Source: Podarcis cretensis (Eukaryota). Taken from it: DNA of 64,000 bases. Shown here piece after piece: positions 40,253 through 54,972 of this stretch; position 1 is the first letter of the stretch, and the number at the start of each line of letters is the position of its first letter. Under the pieces are notes generated by a model, which did not search any database, had not been told where the DNA came from, and saw only the letters and a list, made by a program, of their open reading frames with translations. The position numbers were made by a program, and so were the translations under genes. The stretch is from assembly GCA_951804945.1 (NCBI GenBank), contig OX638154.1, positions 47,802,001 through 47,866,000 of the forward strand. Reading direction: 5' to 3'.

Positions 40253-43200
40253 AACTTCAGGAACAGCAGTGTACAGGAAGTCATATTAGATCTGAAGAAA
40301 GGAGTATGTGAAAGGAGTATGTACAGAACATTGTTTTCTTTTAAGACTTCATAAGCTTGGTGCATTTTTAAAATGTTTTAGCTGTCAAATTTTGTTTTTC
40401 TTGTCTCTTGTAACAGGTGACAAATGTAACAGTTGTGAATCTGTATATGGTTCTGAGCAGGTCATATGAAGTGTAATAACTTGTTGCTTTACAGTGTACC
40501 CTTAAGCATAACTTTGATTTGCATTAATGTTTAGCTAATAACCTTGCATAGACTTACCAAATAAAACCTCAAAAGCCATGCAAGTGGCAAATGTTCTTCA
40601 TATAAATATTGTGTTCTGGAATCTGCAGGATCTAAACTTGAAAGGAAGTACACAACACACATGACCTTTTAATCCTGAGCATTTGCTACAATCACAAATG
40701 GGCAATCTATGCAGGGTGAGAGCAGGGTTAAAGGACAGGATAAAACCAATAGTAAGCAAAAGGGTTATGAAAGCCTTGTAGGAGCTATATGTTTTTGATA
40801 CTGTTTTACAAGTTCTGATTTATACCAGTTTAGTCAGAACTACCTTCTACCATGTAAAAGTGTAGATTAAGTTTTGTATCTTTGTGTGGATCAGTACTTA
40901 CTGCTGAAATGTGAACTGCCTAATCTGTTCATTATAGAGCAGACCAAAAGAACAGATGATTAGCTTAAAGGATTTGGGTGCATAAGGGTACATTGTAGAT
41001 GCGAAATTTTCTTATTGTGCATAAGTTGTCATGTCACTGTAAACTCTTTGAGATCTTTGGATTAAAAGTTTGGTTACAAATCGTTCTAAGTATTTAACTT
41101 TCGTATTTTGACATACTTTCGTGCAAATATAACATTCAGATGGACTTGTGTACAGTTTAATTCAAATCTGTTATTGTGAACAATTTGAAGCCATAATCAA
41201 ATTTCACTGTGTTAATATTTGGATAAAGAGCTATTCAGAGAATGTTTTATATGTAAGTAACAGATCACACATAGTTCCTTTTAAAATACCTCTTCAAATA
41301 CCTAGAGGCAATTGCCTCAGTCATCGTCTATGGTAATACATGGCTACTTACTACAACACATTCACAACAAGTTACAGTAATGATTGGCTTAGCATGCTGC
41401 ACTCCAATGAGCATTCATTTTAGTAATGAAGCACTCAAACTTGTATACCAAAAGTGAACTTGCTATGCAGGGATTCAAGTTAAGCATAAAAATTAAGCTT
41501 TGTAATGCCGACAAAGCTTTAAATGCTCTGCATTAAAACAAATGTTGCATGCAACGTTTATCCATTGGTCTTGTGCCCAGAAAATAATTGGTCTTGTGAA
41601 TTTTAGATTAAATCCATACTACTTGAATACATTTGGTTTAATTTCATTATCTAGCCTTTTAAGGAAAATTACATGGTCATCCAAAGATTGTTAATGTTTA
41701 ATATTCTATCTTAAACGGCTTCAAAAAGGGGAAATGCATGCTTCATTAAAGACTTGTCTTGCAGAGTTCCATTGTGCCTTGTCAACCTATGTGGATAAAG
41801 CATTTGTAAAAAAACAAAAAAACTCACAGCAGAATGAGCTGTTGAAGTAGGTGTCTTTTTGGGGAGACAGGCTTGGAGGGGGGCAATTGCAAACTAAACC
41901 CTATGAAAAACAACACTCAAGAAAATCCACATGAGTCGCTTTTATGTACTACCTTGAACCTTTGCACATGGGTCATATCACATTGTAACCCAGGTATCAG
42001 AAGCCTTGCTGAAAAATGTGAAGGAAGGGATATACGTAGTTAAAGCATGTCAAATTACAGAGTTAGAAGTACCTGCACTATGCCATGTAGTAAACATCCA
42101 GCTCAGTAGTTTTAGTGTGTAAGCTCCCTGTACCATAGAGGTTCTGAAACTTGTGTGAGGGGAGCACGAGATACTGCAAAGTATCAGCCCAAAAGAGTTG
42201 CACATTAAATCCTCCTGGTAAATTTATTGGTTAAAAAATGATTACCTCTGGTGGCTTCCTGATTCTTCGTGCAGTACAAATGTTTCCCTGGCAAGCTTGC
42301 ATCTGGGTCTGGTGATGCTCATCTGTGCAGGTACCTATGATGGATGTGAATTGTGCGTCCCCCCTCCAACTGTGTCCAAAACAACTGGTGTAAGCATACA
42401 AAGGGGGAAGAAGTCACATTCTCAAACTGGTATTGAAATTTAAGGGAGTTTTGGGTATAATGTGAGGTGCACATGTACTCTTCAAGGTAGCTGTCAATAT
42501 CTCATTGTCAAGGTAATTTAAGTCCACAGAGAAGTGCATCGTTCTTCACAAAATGGCAATAGTATACAAACAGCTTATTCTACTTTTTGAAGAAATTGTA
42601 CCATCAAGTGATGTTTGCTTTCTCTTGCCCTAGGCACATGGCAGCAGTTGGTTTCTTTGGATATGCGTCATAAAGTTGCAATAAACTCAAATTGCTACTG
42701 TGGGCTCCTACTGAGTAGCTAGGAGATACTCTCTAGCTGAAAAATATTTAGTTGACTGCCTACAGCAGTAATTAGGTTGCCTGTTTCTCTTGACATTGGT
42801 CAAATTACATTTTCTTTGTAGATAGATTTCCAGAACAGTTAATTGTTTTTGTTAGAGGGAACAAGGTAGTAAAGTTTAAACGGCAAAATCTGAGAAAATC
42901 TCAAATTCACTACTTCAGAGAAATGTCCTTGGTGTGTGAATATGGAGGCTTGTATCCAGTGCAGAACTAGGGATATACACTTGGGCAATGGAGCTTTTTC
43001 CCCACCAGTACCCCATGAGTCTGTACTGAGGTTCTTCCAACACTGGGTGTGTGTGTGTGTGTGTGGATTTGGGGAGGATATGTGGTTGCAGGTAAGAGTC
43101 ATGGTACACAAGCAGGAACCGACAAGCTGTCTGGACACTCACCAGAGCTTACAGTGCTGTTTTCCTTGGGTCCCTTCATGCTTGAATAATCATTGATTCA

Positions 43201-43920
43201 GTACAATCGAGAGCAAGAAGGCCATAAACCATGTGACTGGATGAATATTGACTGAACGAACGACCATCTGCACTTTACTTCATCTGTACTGCACTTTACA
43301 ACGCCAAAGCCTCCAATGGAGGTTGAGATTCTGGTGGCAAACATTCCAAATGATCACAAAACAAAGTGTCAACAATATCACAGTTTTTGTGAGAATGGGA
43401 TTAAAATGTCATCTTGGGGGAAGGAAGAATCAGGGCTGGAAAGCTGACTGGGAAGGAGATACTAGTAGGTTGCAAATCTTTGAAAATAAGAAATCCTAGA
43501 GGACAGTGTAAGTAGATTCAGGAATTTGTGTGAAGGGCAGATAGATAGGCCTTGAGAAAAAGGCTTTTTGAGTTTCCAAGACTAGTCCCTAAGAAATTCC
43601 TGGAACTTGCATGGAACAATTCTGCTTCCTGTGGCTTCTGCGATAAACTGCAGTGGGGTTACATTCTTTTATATGCTACATGCTAATGTAGTCAACTAAT
43701 TCTTTGTGGCCTTCTATATCAATAAATCAGTACCATAACACTAATATATTTAATTAGATCAGCTTCTGTTGGGTATGCATGTACACACTTTGAATACAGA
43801 TTGCCAGGAAAGACACATTATAAGCACGTGAACTACCTGCAATATTAAAATCTCTTAAATAAAAGCATGACTTAATGTATTTGTTTTCAGTGTTAATATT
43901 TTGGTAATAAAAAGATACAG
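40253..43920 (+). other. SRSF3: SRSF3 3' UTR with several candidate polyA signals
   Basis: AATAAA 40560-40565; ATTAAA near 41061 and 41532; AATAAA near 42680, 43721 and 43906; largely repeat-free. Confidence 0.55.
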
Positions 43921-46328
43921 TATAAGCTTGTTTATAGTTGTGTGGGATACGCTTGCCATTGGATATGGGAAACCTATGTAAGTGTCCCTTGCCTTCTGCC
44001 AAGAAGAATCCCAAGAAATTTTGGAGTTGCTTGCATGTGCTTGTGGTTTGAATATGAAGAAACAGGCATTTCTTCTGGCTTATCGATGTCTCCAGCACTA
44101 GTGAAACAAGATAACAACTCTTTTTCCTCTAGAATAGATACTTTGTAGGAATCAAGGAAAAATTGAGACTTGGCTAGCAAGCCAAAGTGATAATTTGTGG
44201 AACCCAGTCAGCTCATATGTAGGGGTGGAGTGGCACAGTGGATTTTACCGACAGCATGGAAAGCAGTCTCCTGTTACAAACAGGAGGATACTCTTTCCAT
44301 GCTGAATTCAGTCTGCAGTGGACAGTTGTTAGCAGGATACTTCTTTTTTTAAAAAACGTGCTGTACTTTAGTGCTGAATAGAGAAGGAATACTCCCAAGA
44401 TTGAACAAATAGATTTATTATGGTCACAGACCAGAAGTCTCCCAAGATTAAGCCCCTTGTGACAAGAAAAAATTATTCATCTATGTCAGAGGTGAGTCAA
44501 ATATGTGTCAAATATGTTGAGAAACCTCTTTTAAGGCCATCTAGTGATGTCCTTTTAAGAATTTTTATCTCCTTATCCAGGCACTGCTGGAGGCACTAGG
44601 CAAATGAAATTGCATGGCTGCCTAGTTACTGCAACTTTGCTGTTGGGACTAAACTCTTGTAATGCAATATATAGTAGCTGCCACCATCTTAGATACTGTA
44701 ATAGATAATTGTTAGGAGTAGTTGCTTGAGGCATCCAGTTGTAATGCTAACAGCTGCTAGTTTTCACTAACCTCAAATATTAACACATTCTTCATAATTT
44801 TGACAAAAGAACTCTGGTGGTGTTGCTACTCCAAAATCAGTTGGGCTTAAACACTTCCCGCACATATTCTAGCAAGGTAATGGTCATATTTGTGACTGCA
44901 AAAGAAAGTGATAGAGTCCTAGTGCTTGGCATTCTGAACTGGAGCACCTGGCTGTCACTGGAGATGGGAGAAGCCGTCTGAGGACCAAATTGGAAATGAT
45001 GCTCCACCCACATCTTCACAGCTCCCTGTTGAGTTATTTAAGAAACGTATATCCTGATTTTCACTTACTTCAAAGCAGCTAGGCACGCTCCTAGAATCAT
45101 TAAAACTGCAGTCGCTGACTTAAAAAGACAAAATCTTGGTGAGCACCTTGTTTCATTTAAATAGGGTATATGGGATATGGATAGTTGCAAGTTAAATTTT
45201 GGTTTACCTAATTCACTATGATTAAAACACCTTCAAAAGGCATCAAGTCTGTGTCCTCTATTCATACTACTTGTTCCTTGAAAGCCTTAACGTGGCATGA
45301 AATCATGGGAGGGAGGCTGACATGCCTGTTTATATTTGGTGGGGGTGGGTAAGCAAGATTATGAACTTGTATGGCAGTTCTACCTAGCACATAGCATTGG
45401 TGCAAGGCTTTGTGGCAAATTAAAATGGCACTGAAGATGGCTTTTTTAATTACTGTGGGGATTTACAATGGTGATTGGCTCCCAGAAACAGCTGCCTGGA
45501 ATAGTGCCCGCTTCAACCAGGCATCAATACAGTAGTGGACCCTGTTGGGTCCCTCGTAGGTATTGAAGGATGTTGCGTGTCTCGGACAGCCATGCAGTTA
45601 CAGTTCACTCGCTTACAGATCTATTAATGTGCCACAGTTCCTAATTTAGAAACGAAATTTCCTTTCTGCCACCTGGGGAGTCTGGGTGCATCATAGAAAG
45701 CAGACAGCATAGTTTTTCCATTAACTTCGGACTAGAGACAATTTAAAACAGTCAGCTGCATTCTTACATATAAGCTTGGCTGTTGACACAGCCTTAGGCA
45801 TAACATGATCCTGGAAGTTAGAGTAACAGAGAAGGAAAATTGCAGGCTTGTTCTGGTCACGTAAGACACATCTGTGGTAGTTTCTTCGTGTTTGTGGTGA
45901 TCAGCAAACAACAGCTGGGATTAAACGCCTCTCTGTAACCTGGTCTCCTAGGAACAGCTGCAACTAACCAATGCAGACACATATTTATAAAATAAATATA
46001 CCTCTGATAGGTGGTCATCTTGGTCCAGTTACAGGAAATGTCCAGCATCCCATAGGCATAGTCAGCTGCAGTACTCCAGCTTGCTAATTTCACCACCTCT
46101 AATTCTTCATTCTTAAGTGAGAAAGGAATTCCCAAGAACTGGGTGTTATTTTTCCTTTAGAGATGGTGCAATTACCTGTTAAACCCCCAATTATCACTGG
46201 GCAAATTCAGCCTGTTTTACCGTTTTCCTGCACTTAGTTAAAGCATGTAGTGCAAAGAGGTATAGCACACATGGGATAATTCCTTGGAATATACATTCCG
46301 TTTTTAAAAAAACAAACTGAAGAATTTG

Positions 46329-46678
46329 GGTAAAGGTAAAGGGACCCCTGACCATTAGGTCCAGTCGCGGACGACTCTGGGGTTGTGGTGCTCATCTCAC
46401 TTTACTGGCCGAGGGAGTCGGTGTACAGCTTCCGGGTCATGTAGCCAGCATGACTAAGCCACTTCTGGCGAACCAGAGCAGTGCACGGAAACACCGTTTA
46501 CCTTCCCACCGGAGCGGTACCTACAGTATTTACTTGCACTTTGACAAGCTTTCAAACTGCTAGGTTGGCAGGAGCAGGGACCGAGCAACGGGAGCTCACC
46601 CCATCGGGGGGTTCAAACTGCCGACCTTCTGATCAGCAAGCCCTAGGCTCTGTGGTGTAACCCACAGTGCTACCCACG
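46329..46678 (-). mobile_element. Older-subfamily Sauria SINE
   Basis: GGTAAAGGTAAAGGGACCCCTGACCATTAGG tail; diverged body. Confidence 0.9.
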
Positions 46679-48589
46679 TTAGTTAAAAAACCAAAACACA
46701 TTGCTTACTAAGTAGCTGGCTCTAGACAGAAACTCTTAAAGGGGAAGGATCACCTATGATATTCAATAGCAGATACCTGAAGAGACAGAAAGGATGACAT
46801 CATCTTAATTTTTATCCAAATATTCAGAGGAGGGGCAAGAGTATATTTTAATTTGATGTACCCATTGTAGGTATGATGAGCCATCTTTGAGCGCTTTGGG
46901 GCATGACATTGCACATGGGCAGGGAACCTTGGACCCTCCAGATGTTGAACTGTATCTCCCATTGTCATGCTCGCTGGGACTGGTGGAAGCTGGAGTCTGG
47001 TAACATCTGGAGAGAGACAGGTTCCCCACTAAGGAAACTGAGCCATTAATACTTTGCAACAACCCAAGAAGGTACAAAAATAAGTCTTATTTACATTTGA
47101 TACACCCATCAAAGGGGGAAATTCCGTCCTGTGTATTTGAGAGGTGCTTGAAACATCACAGAACAGCTGTTCTGGATTGGTTAAACTAGGCCAGTGGTCC
47201 ACAGATAGAGGGATTTTTTCTTTAAAGAAAGAGACGTGGCTTTTTCCTTGAGCCATTTTCCTCACTGAGCAAGCTTTCAAGTTCTCCAGCTTGGATGGAA
47301 AAAGGAGAGAATGGGGAAGATTAGTCCTTGCAGCAACACGTTTTGTACCCAGAGTAATTTAATTAAGTCTGCATAACCCCTCCTGCACTCCCAACTTCAG
47401 ACTTACAAACTGCAGAATGAGATTTTTCTATCCTAACTTTAGTGTCTTTCCTTTTGGAACTTTATATTGGAAGGCCTTAATCTAGGGTTAGCAGCCCAGA
47501 GCGCAGTTGGCTCTAGCTGGCTTCTGGAGTTGCTCGCTGCCACTGCCACTGCTGAAAGTGAACCAGGGATGTCTGGCGGTACAGATCTCCTTCCCCCTTC
47601 CCCCTTTGTTTTGACAGATTAGGGGAGGCTTGGGAGTCATGGGCAGGCGGCTGTCACAGGGTAGGAAAGAAGAGCTTTGCACCTTTATACAATATGCATG
47701 TGTGCTTGGGCCCAGGGTCTTTTGCCTCACCATCCCCATTACTGACTCCCTGTTGCTACTTAGCTTAAAAAAAAAAAAAAAGTGTCCCCAGACTCATTGA
47801 AAAAAATCTGGTAACCATACCTTAATCTGTTCCTTTTCTCTGACTTTGGAAGCCAAGCAGAGGGATGGCTTATAGCACAGACAGCAGCAACAAGCAGCTC
47901 CAGCTCTCCTATTCCTACCCATTGCCACCCCACCACCGCACTTACCTGACCTGGGGGTTCTGGATTGCTGGCTCTACTGGTCAAAACAGGAGCCTCAGCA
48001 ATTGCCCTCTCCCACCAGAAAAAAACCAGGACTGCTCCAGGAAAACACATGGAAAAAAGGAGTGCCAGGGCCACACCCTTACCTGCTTGTGATTGGCCAA
48101 GTGGATAACCAATCAATCGGGATTATTTATTTTTTTAAAAAAGATTCCCCCCCATCACTTTTCACTTCCTACTGTTGTCTCCTAGCCTTGTGCTGTGCCC
48201 CCCCCCATTTATGAGATTTTCACCTGTGGCCCTCTTGAAATATCCGGGGGGTGGGGGTGGGCAGAGGCTAATATGGCCTCCGGTTGGAAAACACTGCTGT
48301 AGATTATCAGTGTTTAGAACTAGACCTGGAATCAAACTACAGTGAAGGTAAAAATAAAGGCACGGCATGCTCCTGATAACTGGCTCCAGTCAGAAGTCTC
48401 ACAGCAACATTATGTACAAGTTTTTGAACATTTTTCAATGGTAGCCCCATGTAGCTGGAGCACCAGATTCAGCTAGGCAAAATTGTTGAAGGATACATCT
48501 GCCACCAAAGCATCTAGGAGCACGCTGAATCTGCAAACTTTAAGGAGAGTGCTCCTTCATCCAAGATTGGTTATTTTATCAACAGGAAC

Positions 48590-49010
48590 ACTTCTGACTT
48601 GTCTGGATTAATCTTTAGTTAGTTAACCCCCATTTGCTTTGTTAACCCTTGCTCAACATTGCTGATTCCAGGCAGTGATTCAGAATCTCCATGGCTTTCC
48701 TTGATTAAGATGGAAAGAAGAAACGAAAGCTGAGCAACAGCTGCATACTGATGGCAGTGAACTCCAAATCTTCAGATCTTGATAAGTTTCATATAGATGT
48801 TAAACAGCATGGGAGACAAGATGAGCAGTCGTCCTCAGTACCATCTTTCAGAACTGTATGTTTCCATTAAGGACTGGAACCGCTGCAAGCAAGTGGAGTC
48901 TATCCAAGGCAGGTCCATGAGAACCATATTGTGGTGGATAGTACTGAAAGCTGTTGACAGGTCCAGCAGACCACCAGAGACAAGACTCCCTAGGTCTAGT
49001 TCCTAGTGTA
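48590..49010 (-). mobile_element. Degenerate L2-like LINE fragment
   Basis: RT-region remnant (ACCATATTGTGGTGGATAGTACTGAAAGCTG = reverse of the 'AFxTIxH' segment); boundaries approximate. Confidence 0.45.
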
Positions 49011-49983
49011 GATTGTCTAGAGCAGTAACCAAACTGTGGCCTGTGAGCTTCATTCAGGTGGTCTACGCAGTGTTGGTAAAATTAAAATTAAAAATCATAC
49101 AGCATCTAGCACAGCACATTATAATTGCTACAACAGGCAGAAAAATCATTAAGTAGTCTGTCAAGCAATATTCAAGTGGTTTGAGGGCAAAAAAAGAGTT
49201 GGGAACCACCAAATCCATTTCAGTACCAAAGTCAGGCCAGAAATCAGATTGAAATTTATATTGATCCTCCATAAAGCTTTGGCAGGGAGACACCATTGCA
49301 TGCTTGCCCCCAAGATAAATTAGTGACTAGCCAGAAATTATCCAGTATGGTGAATTCAATCAGACAGGGCCCTTTAAACAATCTTACAACAATCTTCTTC
49401 AACAGTTTTCCGGTAGAACTATTCACCCACTGAAGGTACCATAGCCCATTGGCACACGCTTTTCTTATGCACTTGGCCAGCTGTCCTCTGACGGGTGAGG
49501 ACTGAGTGTGCAGGTGATTGCCCTAAACACTTCAAAGATCCTATTCTCATACAAACTGGAAAGTACATCTGAAACTACTGCTAACGTGGTGTCCAAATTA
49601 GAACAGATGTGAGTGATTTTTACCCATGAAGAGCTCTGCAATCTGGTCACAGCGGCTTACTGAGTGCTGGGATGTATGCTACACTGATGTGCTCCTATTG
49701 CATGCATTTCATTTAAATCCGATACCTCCCAAGGTTTATAAACACAGCAGGTAAGTCATAATCAAACACACACACACATATTTAAATTGGGCTTCAAGGA
49801 TGGTCAGCTTTTTCTCCGCACCTTTTAATATCTGTATGACTGGGCATAGCCCTCCTACAACTCCCAGTATCCCTAACTATTGGCCATGTTGGTTAGGATT
49901 TATAGGAGTTGGGAACCCAACATCTGGAGGGCCATCCCTATATTAAGGCATAGAACCCCTGTCAACATAGTACTATGGTAGTA

Positions 49984-50250
49984 GGGACGTGGGTAGCACC
50001 ATGGTCTAAACCACTGAGCATCTTGGGCTTGCTGATCGGAAGGTTGGCGGTTCGAATCCTTGTGCCCTGTCCCTGCTTCTGCCAACCTAGCAGTTTGAAA
50101 GCACACCAGTGCAAGTAGATAAATAGGTACCGCTGCGACAGGAAGGTAAAGGGCAACTCCCTTGGCCTGAAGCAAGATGAGCACCGTACCGCCCCCCATG
50201 CTCACCTTTGACTGGTTTTAATCATCCAGGGGTCCATTACCTTTTACCTT
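49984..50250 (+). mobile_element. Old Sauria SINE
   Basis: GGCGGTTCGAATCC, GCCAACCTAGCAGTT and GTGCAAGTAGATAAATAGG motifs. Confidence 0.85.
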
Positions 50251-52602
50251 GCCTTTGCTATGGTAGTAGTTTTGTCAGTGTGAGCATTTCAACTTCCCAA
50301 AAGGAACAATTCCCCCTCTTCTACTTCCAAATGCTGATCTGGGGGACGGGGGTGGTGGGGACAGGGGAAGCGGGATTCATTGCACTAGTGGAAGTCCTGC
50401 ACAGGCTTCTGCTAGCAGGATTCATTATTTGAATCTAGCCTGATGTGAAAATATAAAACTGCCCCTTGGCTAAGGCTAAGCGATGAAGAAAAACCTGAAA
50501 GTCCATTTGCAATGGTTGAAAGACTGTAACCCTGATTGGGAAGCAACATCTTCTGGAATTGGTGGATATATGACAAACTATAAAGAATAGTTTGTTATTA
50601 TTACAATTACATTAATTTAAAAATTGCTGGTTTTTGTGCTCCTTGTTCTCAGGTTCTTCTTGAGACAGGTTGCCTTTCATTTTAATTTTTCAGGGACCTG
50701 TTTCTACGTTTTTTCCCCATACACGATATTAAAACAGTAATTTGTGCACCATAAAAGTGTTTGTTGTGTGATTTATGGCAGTTCTCATGGGATTTTCTGG
50801 CTTGATGTGGCAACTGAAACAAGCTGCAGTTTACAAGCCTGTACATGTCTAATCAGAAGTAAGCACTACTGAGTGCAAGGGGACTTACTCCCAGGTGAAG
50901 ATAGGATTGCAGCCTAGGAGTCATTCAGCAACTGTGGCTGCAATTTTGTGGTCACCTATTGGTGCGTAAGCCCCTCGGTTTTCACAAGCTGGTGATGCGG
51001 AGGGCAAAAGGGAACCCCCAGCCACGTGGCCGCAGCCTCTGGCGCCCAGCATTCAGCTGTGAATGGGACAGGTGCAGCCAATATGCTTAGCTGTAATTAA
51101 ACTTCAGCAATTGGAGTGAGTCAGCAAAAAAAGAAAAAAAAAATGTTGAAAGAAAAGCCCAGGTAGTCCCTGCTGTCTTTTGAATGCAGGAACAATGACA
51201 TTTCTTTTCTGCGAGCCAAAAATCTCCGCCAGCCACAAACAGGGAGAAGAAGAAGAAGAAAAAGTTCCCGGAGCAATTACGTTAATGACTGTGAATGAGC
51301 CCAGAAACAAGTTTGGGTGAAAATGAATGGGGAGAAAGAGGGGGAGGTAAGAATGAAATGAGCAATTCAGTGGATGCATAAAGCAGACTGCCTGGGTCCA
51401 GCAATGTCACCAGGAGCCAAGAAAACTTGCTTTGGAGAATGTCTCATCCAGCCTGTGTTTGGCAGAATTCTGTTTACACACTGGTGCATTTTGGATCTCA
51501 TCAAGCTGCCTTCATAAATGGAGCAGACAATGGCTGAATATGGCCAAGCAGGGAGGGAGTCAATTAACATGATCCAAATTAGTTAGAGGGGCAGAGTTAA
51601 TCAAGCATTCAGTGCTTTGTCATTCTTGTCTTTCTTTCATGGGAAAATCCTATTAGTAGAAAATCACTTAATAGAGGCACTTCAAAGGGCTGACTGGGAA
51701 ACATTTTTCCCTCGGATGTAAGCACCATTCAGCCGAACACTGGATTCATTTAGGCTCTTGCTGAAGCATGAGTTCCATTAAGGGTGTTCACGTTTCCTTG
51801 CTTTCAGAAAAGATGCTTGTCAGTAGAGATAACAAATTCCACCAGAGAATTGTGCCGCAATCCTCGGCGTGTTTACTTGGAGGTAAGCCCCACAGAGCAC
51901 AATGGGGCTGGAACACAGATAAATCTGCATAGGATTGCAGCCTTAAGAGCCCAAGCTCTGCTGTTGACAGTATCGCATTATGCATGGATTTGGCAGACTA
52001 GGTGTGAAACATTAGATTCGCTAGCAGGAAGCCTTTCTCTCCCTCTTCGGAAAAAAGATACAGGATACTCTCTTGGGCATTTCAGGTCGGGGTAGTGAAA
52101 CCTTCAAAATAAAGAGGGTTTTCAGCTCGTGAAACTCATATATGGCAGGTTAAGACCCACAAAATAGTTGCTGGCTTCCTGTGAATGGATCACACTGCTG
52201 GCAATTGACACATGATTTTAACTGGTGGAATGATATCCAGATCAAATCTGGAACCAGCTGGTAAATCCTGTCTAAAGACACAGTTTTACTGCTACTTTCC
52301 CAAGTCAATACCATTTCGTAAGGAGTGGTAATTTCCTGAGACCAGTTTCGTGAGCAGGAAGTACAGTACACATTTATCTCATCTCTGCGTCTTGGTGACT
52401 TCAGTGAGTCTCTTCACATACATGTGCTGGGATCACATCCTGTCAGCTTTGTCCTAAAGTGGGGTGGGGACAGGTGCCCCCCCCCTGCCCCAGGTCAGCA
52501 ACTGCTTTCAACTCTGGCTATCATCTATGCTGGCTGGGACTGATGGGAGTAGGAGCTGAAAAGCTGCTGGTTCCCCACCCCTGTCCTAATTATATTTATT
52601 TT

Positions 52603-52738
52603 TAGCTCTGTTGGTAGAGCATGAGACTCTTAATCTCAGGGTTGTGGGTTTGAGCCTCACGTTGGGCAAAAGATTCTTGCATTGCAGTGGGTTGGACTAG
52701 ATGACCCTCATGTTCCCACACTACATTTCTACGATTCC
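52603..52738 (+). mobile_element. tRNA-Lys-derived SINE with CR1-like tail
   Basis: TAGCTCTGTTGGTAGAGCATGAGACTCTTAATCTCAGGG...GGTTGGACTAGATGACC. Confidence 0.8.
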
Positions 52739-54716
52739 ATTATCTTACTTGACTGAATTCAAAAAAACTCTTAAGTGGTTTAATTAAAATAGGCGTTAAA
52801 GGTTGACAATAAAAAAAACAGGTTAGCCTATGTTTCTAAAAGATAAAATCAGCTGTCTTGAAAGATATACATTGCAAAATAAAACCACATATTAAAACAC
52901 AGGTCAAATTTTACATGTCTGGATAGGCTTGCTTAAGCAAAAAACATTTTAGTAGGCACCGAAAACACAGTGAAGGTGCCTGCCTAATACCAACATGCAG
53001 GGAGTTTCAAAGGGGAGGTGCTTTAGCGGTTGGGGGCATACAGGTTGGGGGCCATAGCTAAACAGACAATTTATTCCCAGCAATGCATTCTGATCCCTGC
53101 CCTGCCAGAAGTTGAGGAAAAGCATGGGGCGGGGGCAATCCTGCCTGGAACCTTGCTATGCTGTTTTCTTGCTTGGGTACATGGAAATGTCATCTTTCAA
53201 TATCTTTTACAGAAGGAGGGTGGTAGGCAGCTCACATATAGCTGGATATATTTTGAGAGTCACAGAATCTGAGCGAATAAGTGCTCCTGTGCAAGGTTTC
53301 AGCCAGCCATATCCTGTCCCAGGCTACTTTGTTCCATTCTCTCCTAGTTTTCAACACAAACACACACACACCTGTATGCATTCCACGGCCACTAAGCACA
53401 CACAGTTCTCACTGGACTGTGTTGTTGTTTTTAATGTCCTCTTTCTTAGAATTCTTTTTCCTACAAATTTGTGGGTTTTAAACTCCCACCCCCACACGTT
53501 GGTCATACTTCTGCAAATCTTGGGAATTTCCCTAAGCTTGTTGGTGCATGACCTCTTCTTGGGTGTGGATGGGTCATTCTTCAATAATAGGATTTTAGAG
53601 ACTTACAAAGCACCATGGAACACCTATTTCTGAATGTAGACGGGGTGGCAAAATAAGAGGACAAAGACTTTCAAAAACTTTGTGAAGGCTACTGTGTATA
53701 CTTAGATACAAATTTAGAAATAATTACTATTTTAAAAATAGAAATACAATCCATTTCATCATCACAGCTATCAAGGTGTTATCAAATTATTGGCAGGCAC
53801 CTCCACCTCCCCCGTTCTCCTTTTTTATGGTTCTTAAGTGCAGATAGAGGACTGTAAAATGTAAATGTAAAAGATCCCACTCTGTTAATAATCTGTTTTT
53901 TAACTGAACAATTATTTCAATGTATTGCACAATTACACACTTCCAGGGCAATAGTTCCTTTACATAGCAGCCTGTAGGAATTGTGAAGTATAGTTTCAAA
54001 ATCTTTTTTTAAAAATGTATTTTATATACCTCTTCAATCAGTTGCTACAGTACAGCCTGGCCCCATTCATCAGGTGGTTCTAGGAATGACTTGGTTTTCT
54101 TTTAGGTTTGCTCTTTAAATGCAGGCAGTACTGAATAAAATCAAGTGTACTCTTATTCCCCAGTGGTAAATGTGGAAAAGGAGAAGTTTCTGCCTGTTTA
54201 CAAGCAACTCCTTCTAACCTTGTAACTCCATTCTCGATTCCCAGTAAGCTGTAGTTACTCTTTGTGGTTACAGAATTGTTGACAGAAGCATTTTTAACTA
54301 TAACTATGTTTATATATATCACACACACAGTCACATGTTAAATCAGAACTGGAGTCTGATTTTAATGTGATGCTTGACTTGTGAGAAAAACATATCCATG
54401 CAGTTTCTTATGGTGCTTATTTCTGGTTTAAACTGGCTTCCTTTGCCTACATGGGCAGGATTGGAATACTAGTGATCCATAGCCCAGGAGGACTGAATGC
54501 TTGCAAAGTCTGTACACACAGTGGTGCTGGGACCACTGCTTTACGTATGAAGAAGGCCTTGTGGAGCACCATCCAGTTAAGCTTTTGATTCTTGGCTGAT
54601 GCCACACATTTCTGCCTAGGGATAAAAGAACCTGAGGAAGTTCTACTTGAGGAAGTTCTACTTGAGTTTTCCCTTTTTGTTCTTGTTGGCATCCATCTGT
54701 CTCAAGAGACAATGGA

Positions 54717-54718
<2 letters not shown>

Positions 54719-54747
<29 letters not shown>
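54719..54747. repeat. (GT)n microsatellite
   Basis: Direct reading. Confidence 0.9.
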
Positions 54748-54749
<2 letters not shown>

Positions 54750-54972
54750 TGAAGTCAAACCACTGAAGACTCACAGTGCCTGCTGTGGCTGCAGAGACCG
54801 GTAACTCGTAACTGCTGCCTCCTGTGTTGTTTTTACTACCTTGACAGCACCAAAGTGACCACTCTGGGGCACAAGCCTGGGCCGTGTGTATGGAGGTCCT
54901 AGTATTTGTCGATTTGGTCCAAAGGAAAGCAGAGCAATGCATTTGGCACCAGCTGGGCTGCATGAGTTGCCA

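Noticed and set aside
50831-50850. p53-like site TTACAAGCCT GTACATGTCT
   Set aside because: Only 17/20 and embedded in a dispersed palindromic repeat.
52603-52667. tRNA-Lys(CTT) gene (also reversed near 24080-24146)
   Set aside because: Mutated A/B boxes, incomplete acceptor stem and a CR1-like tail indicate a SINE, not a functional tRNA.
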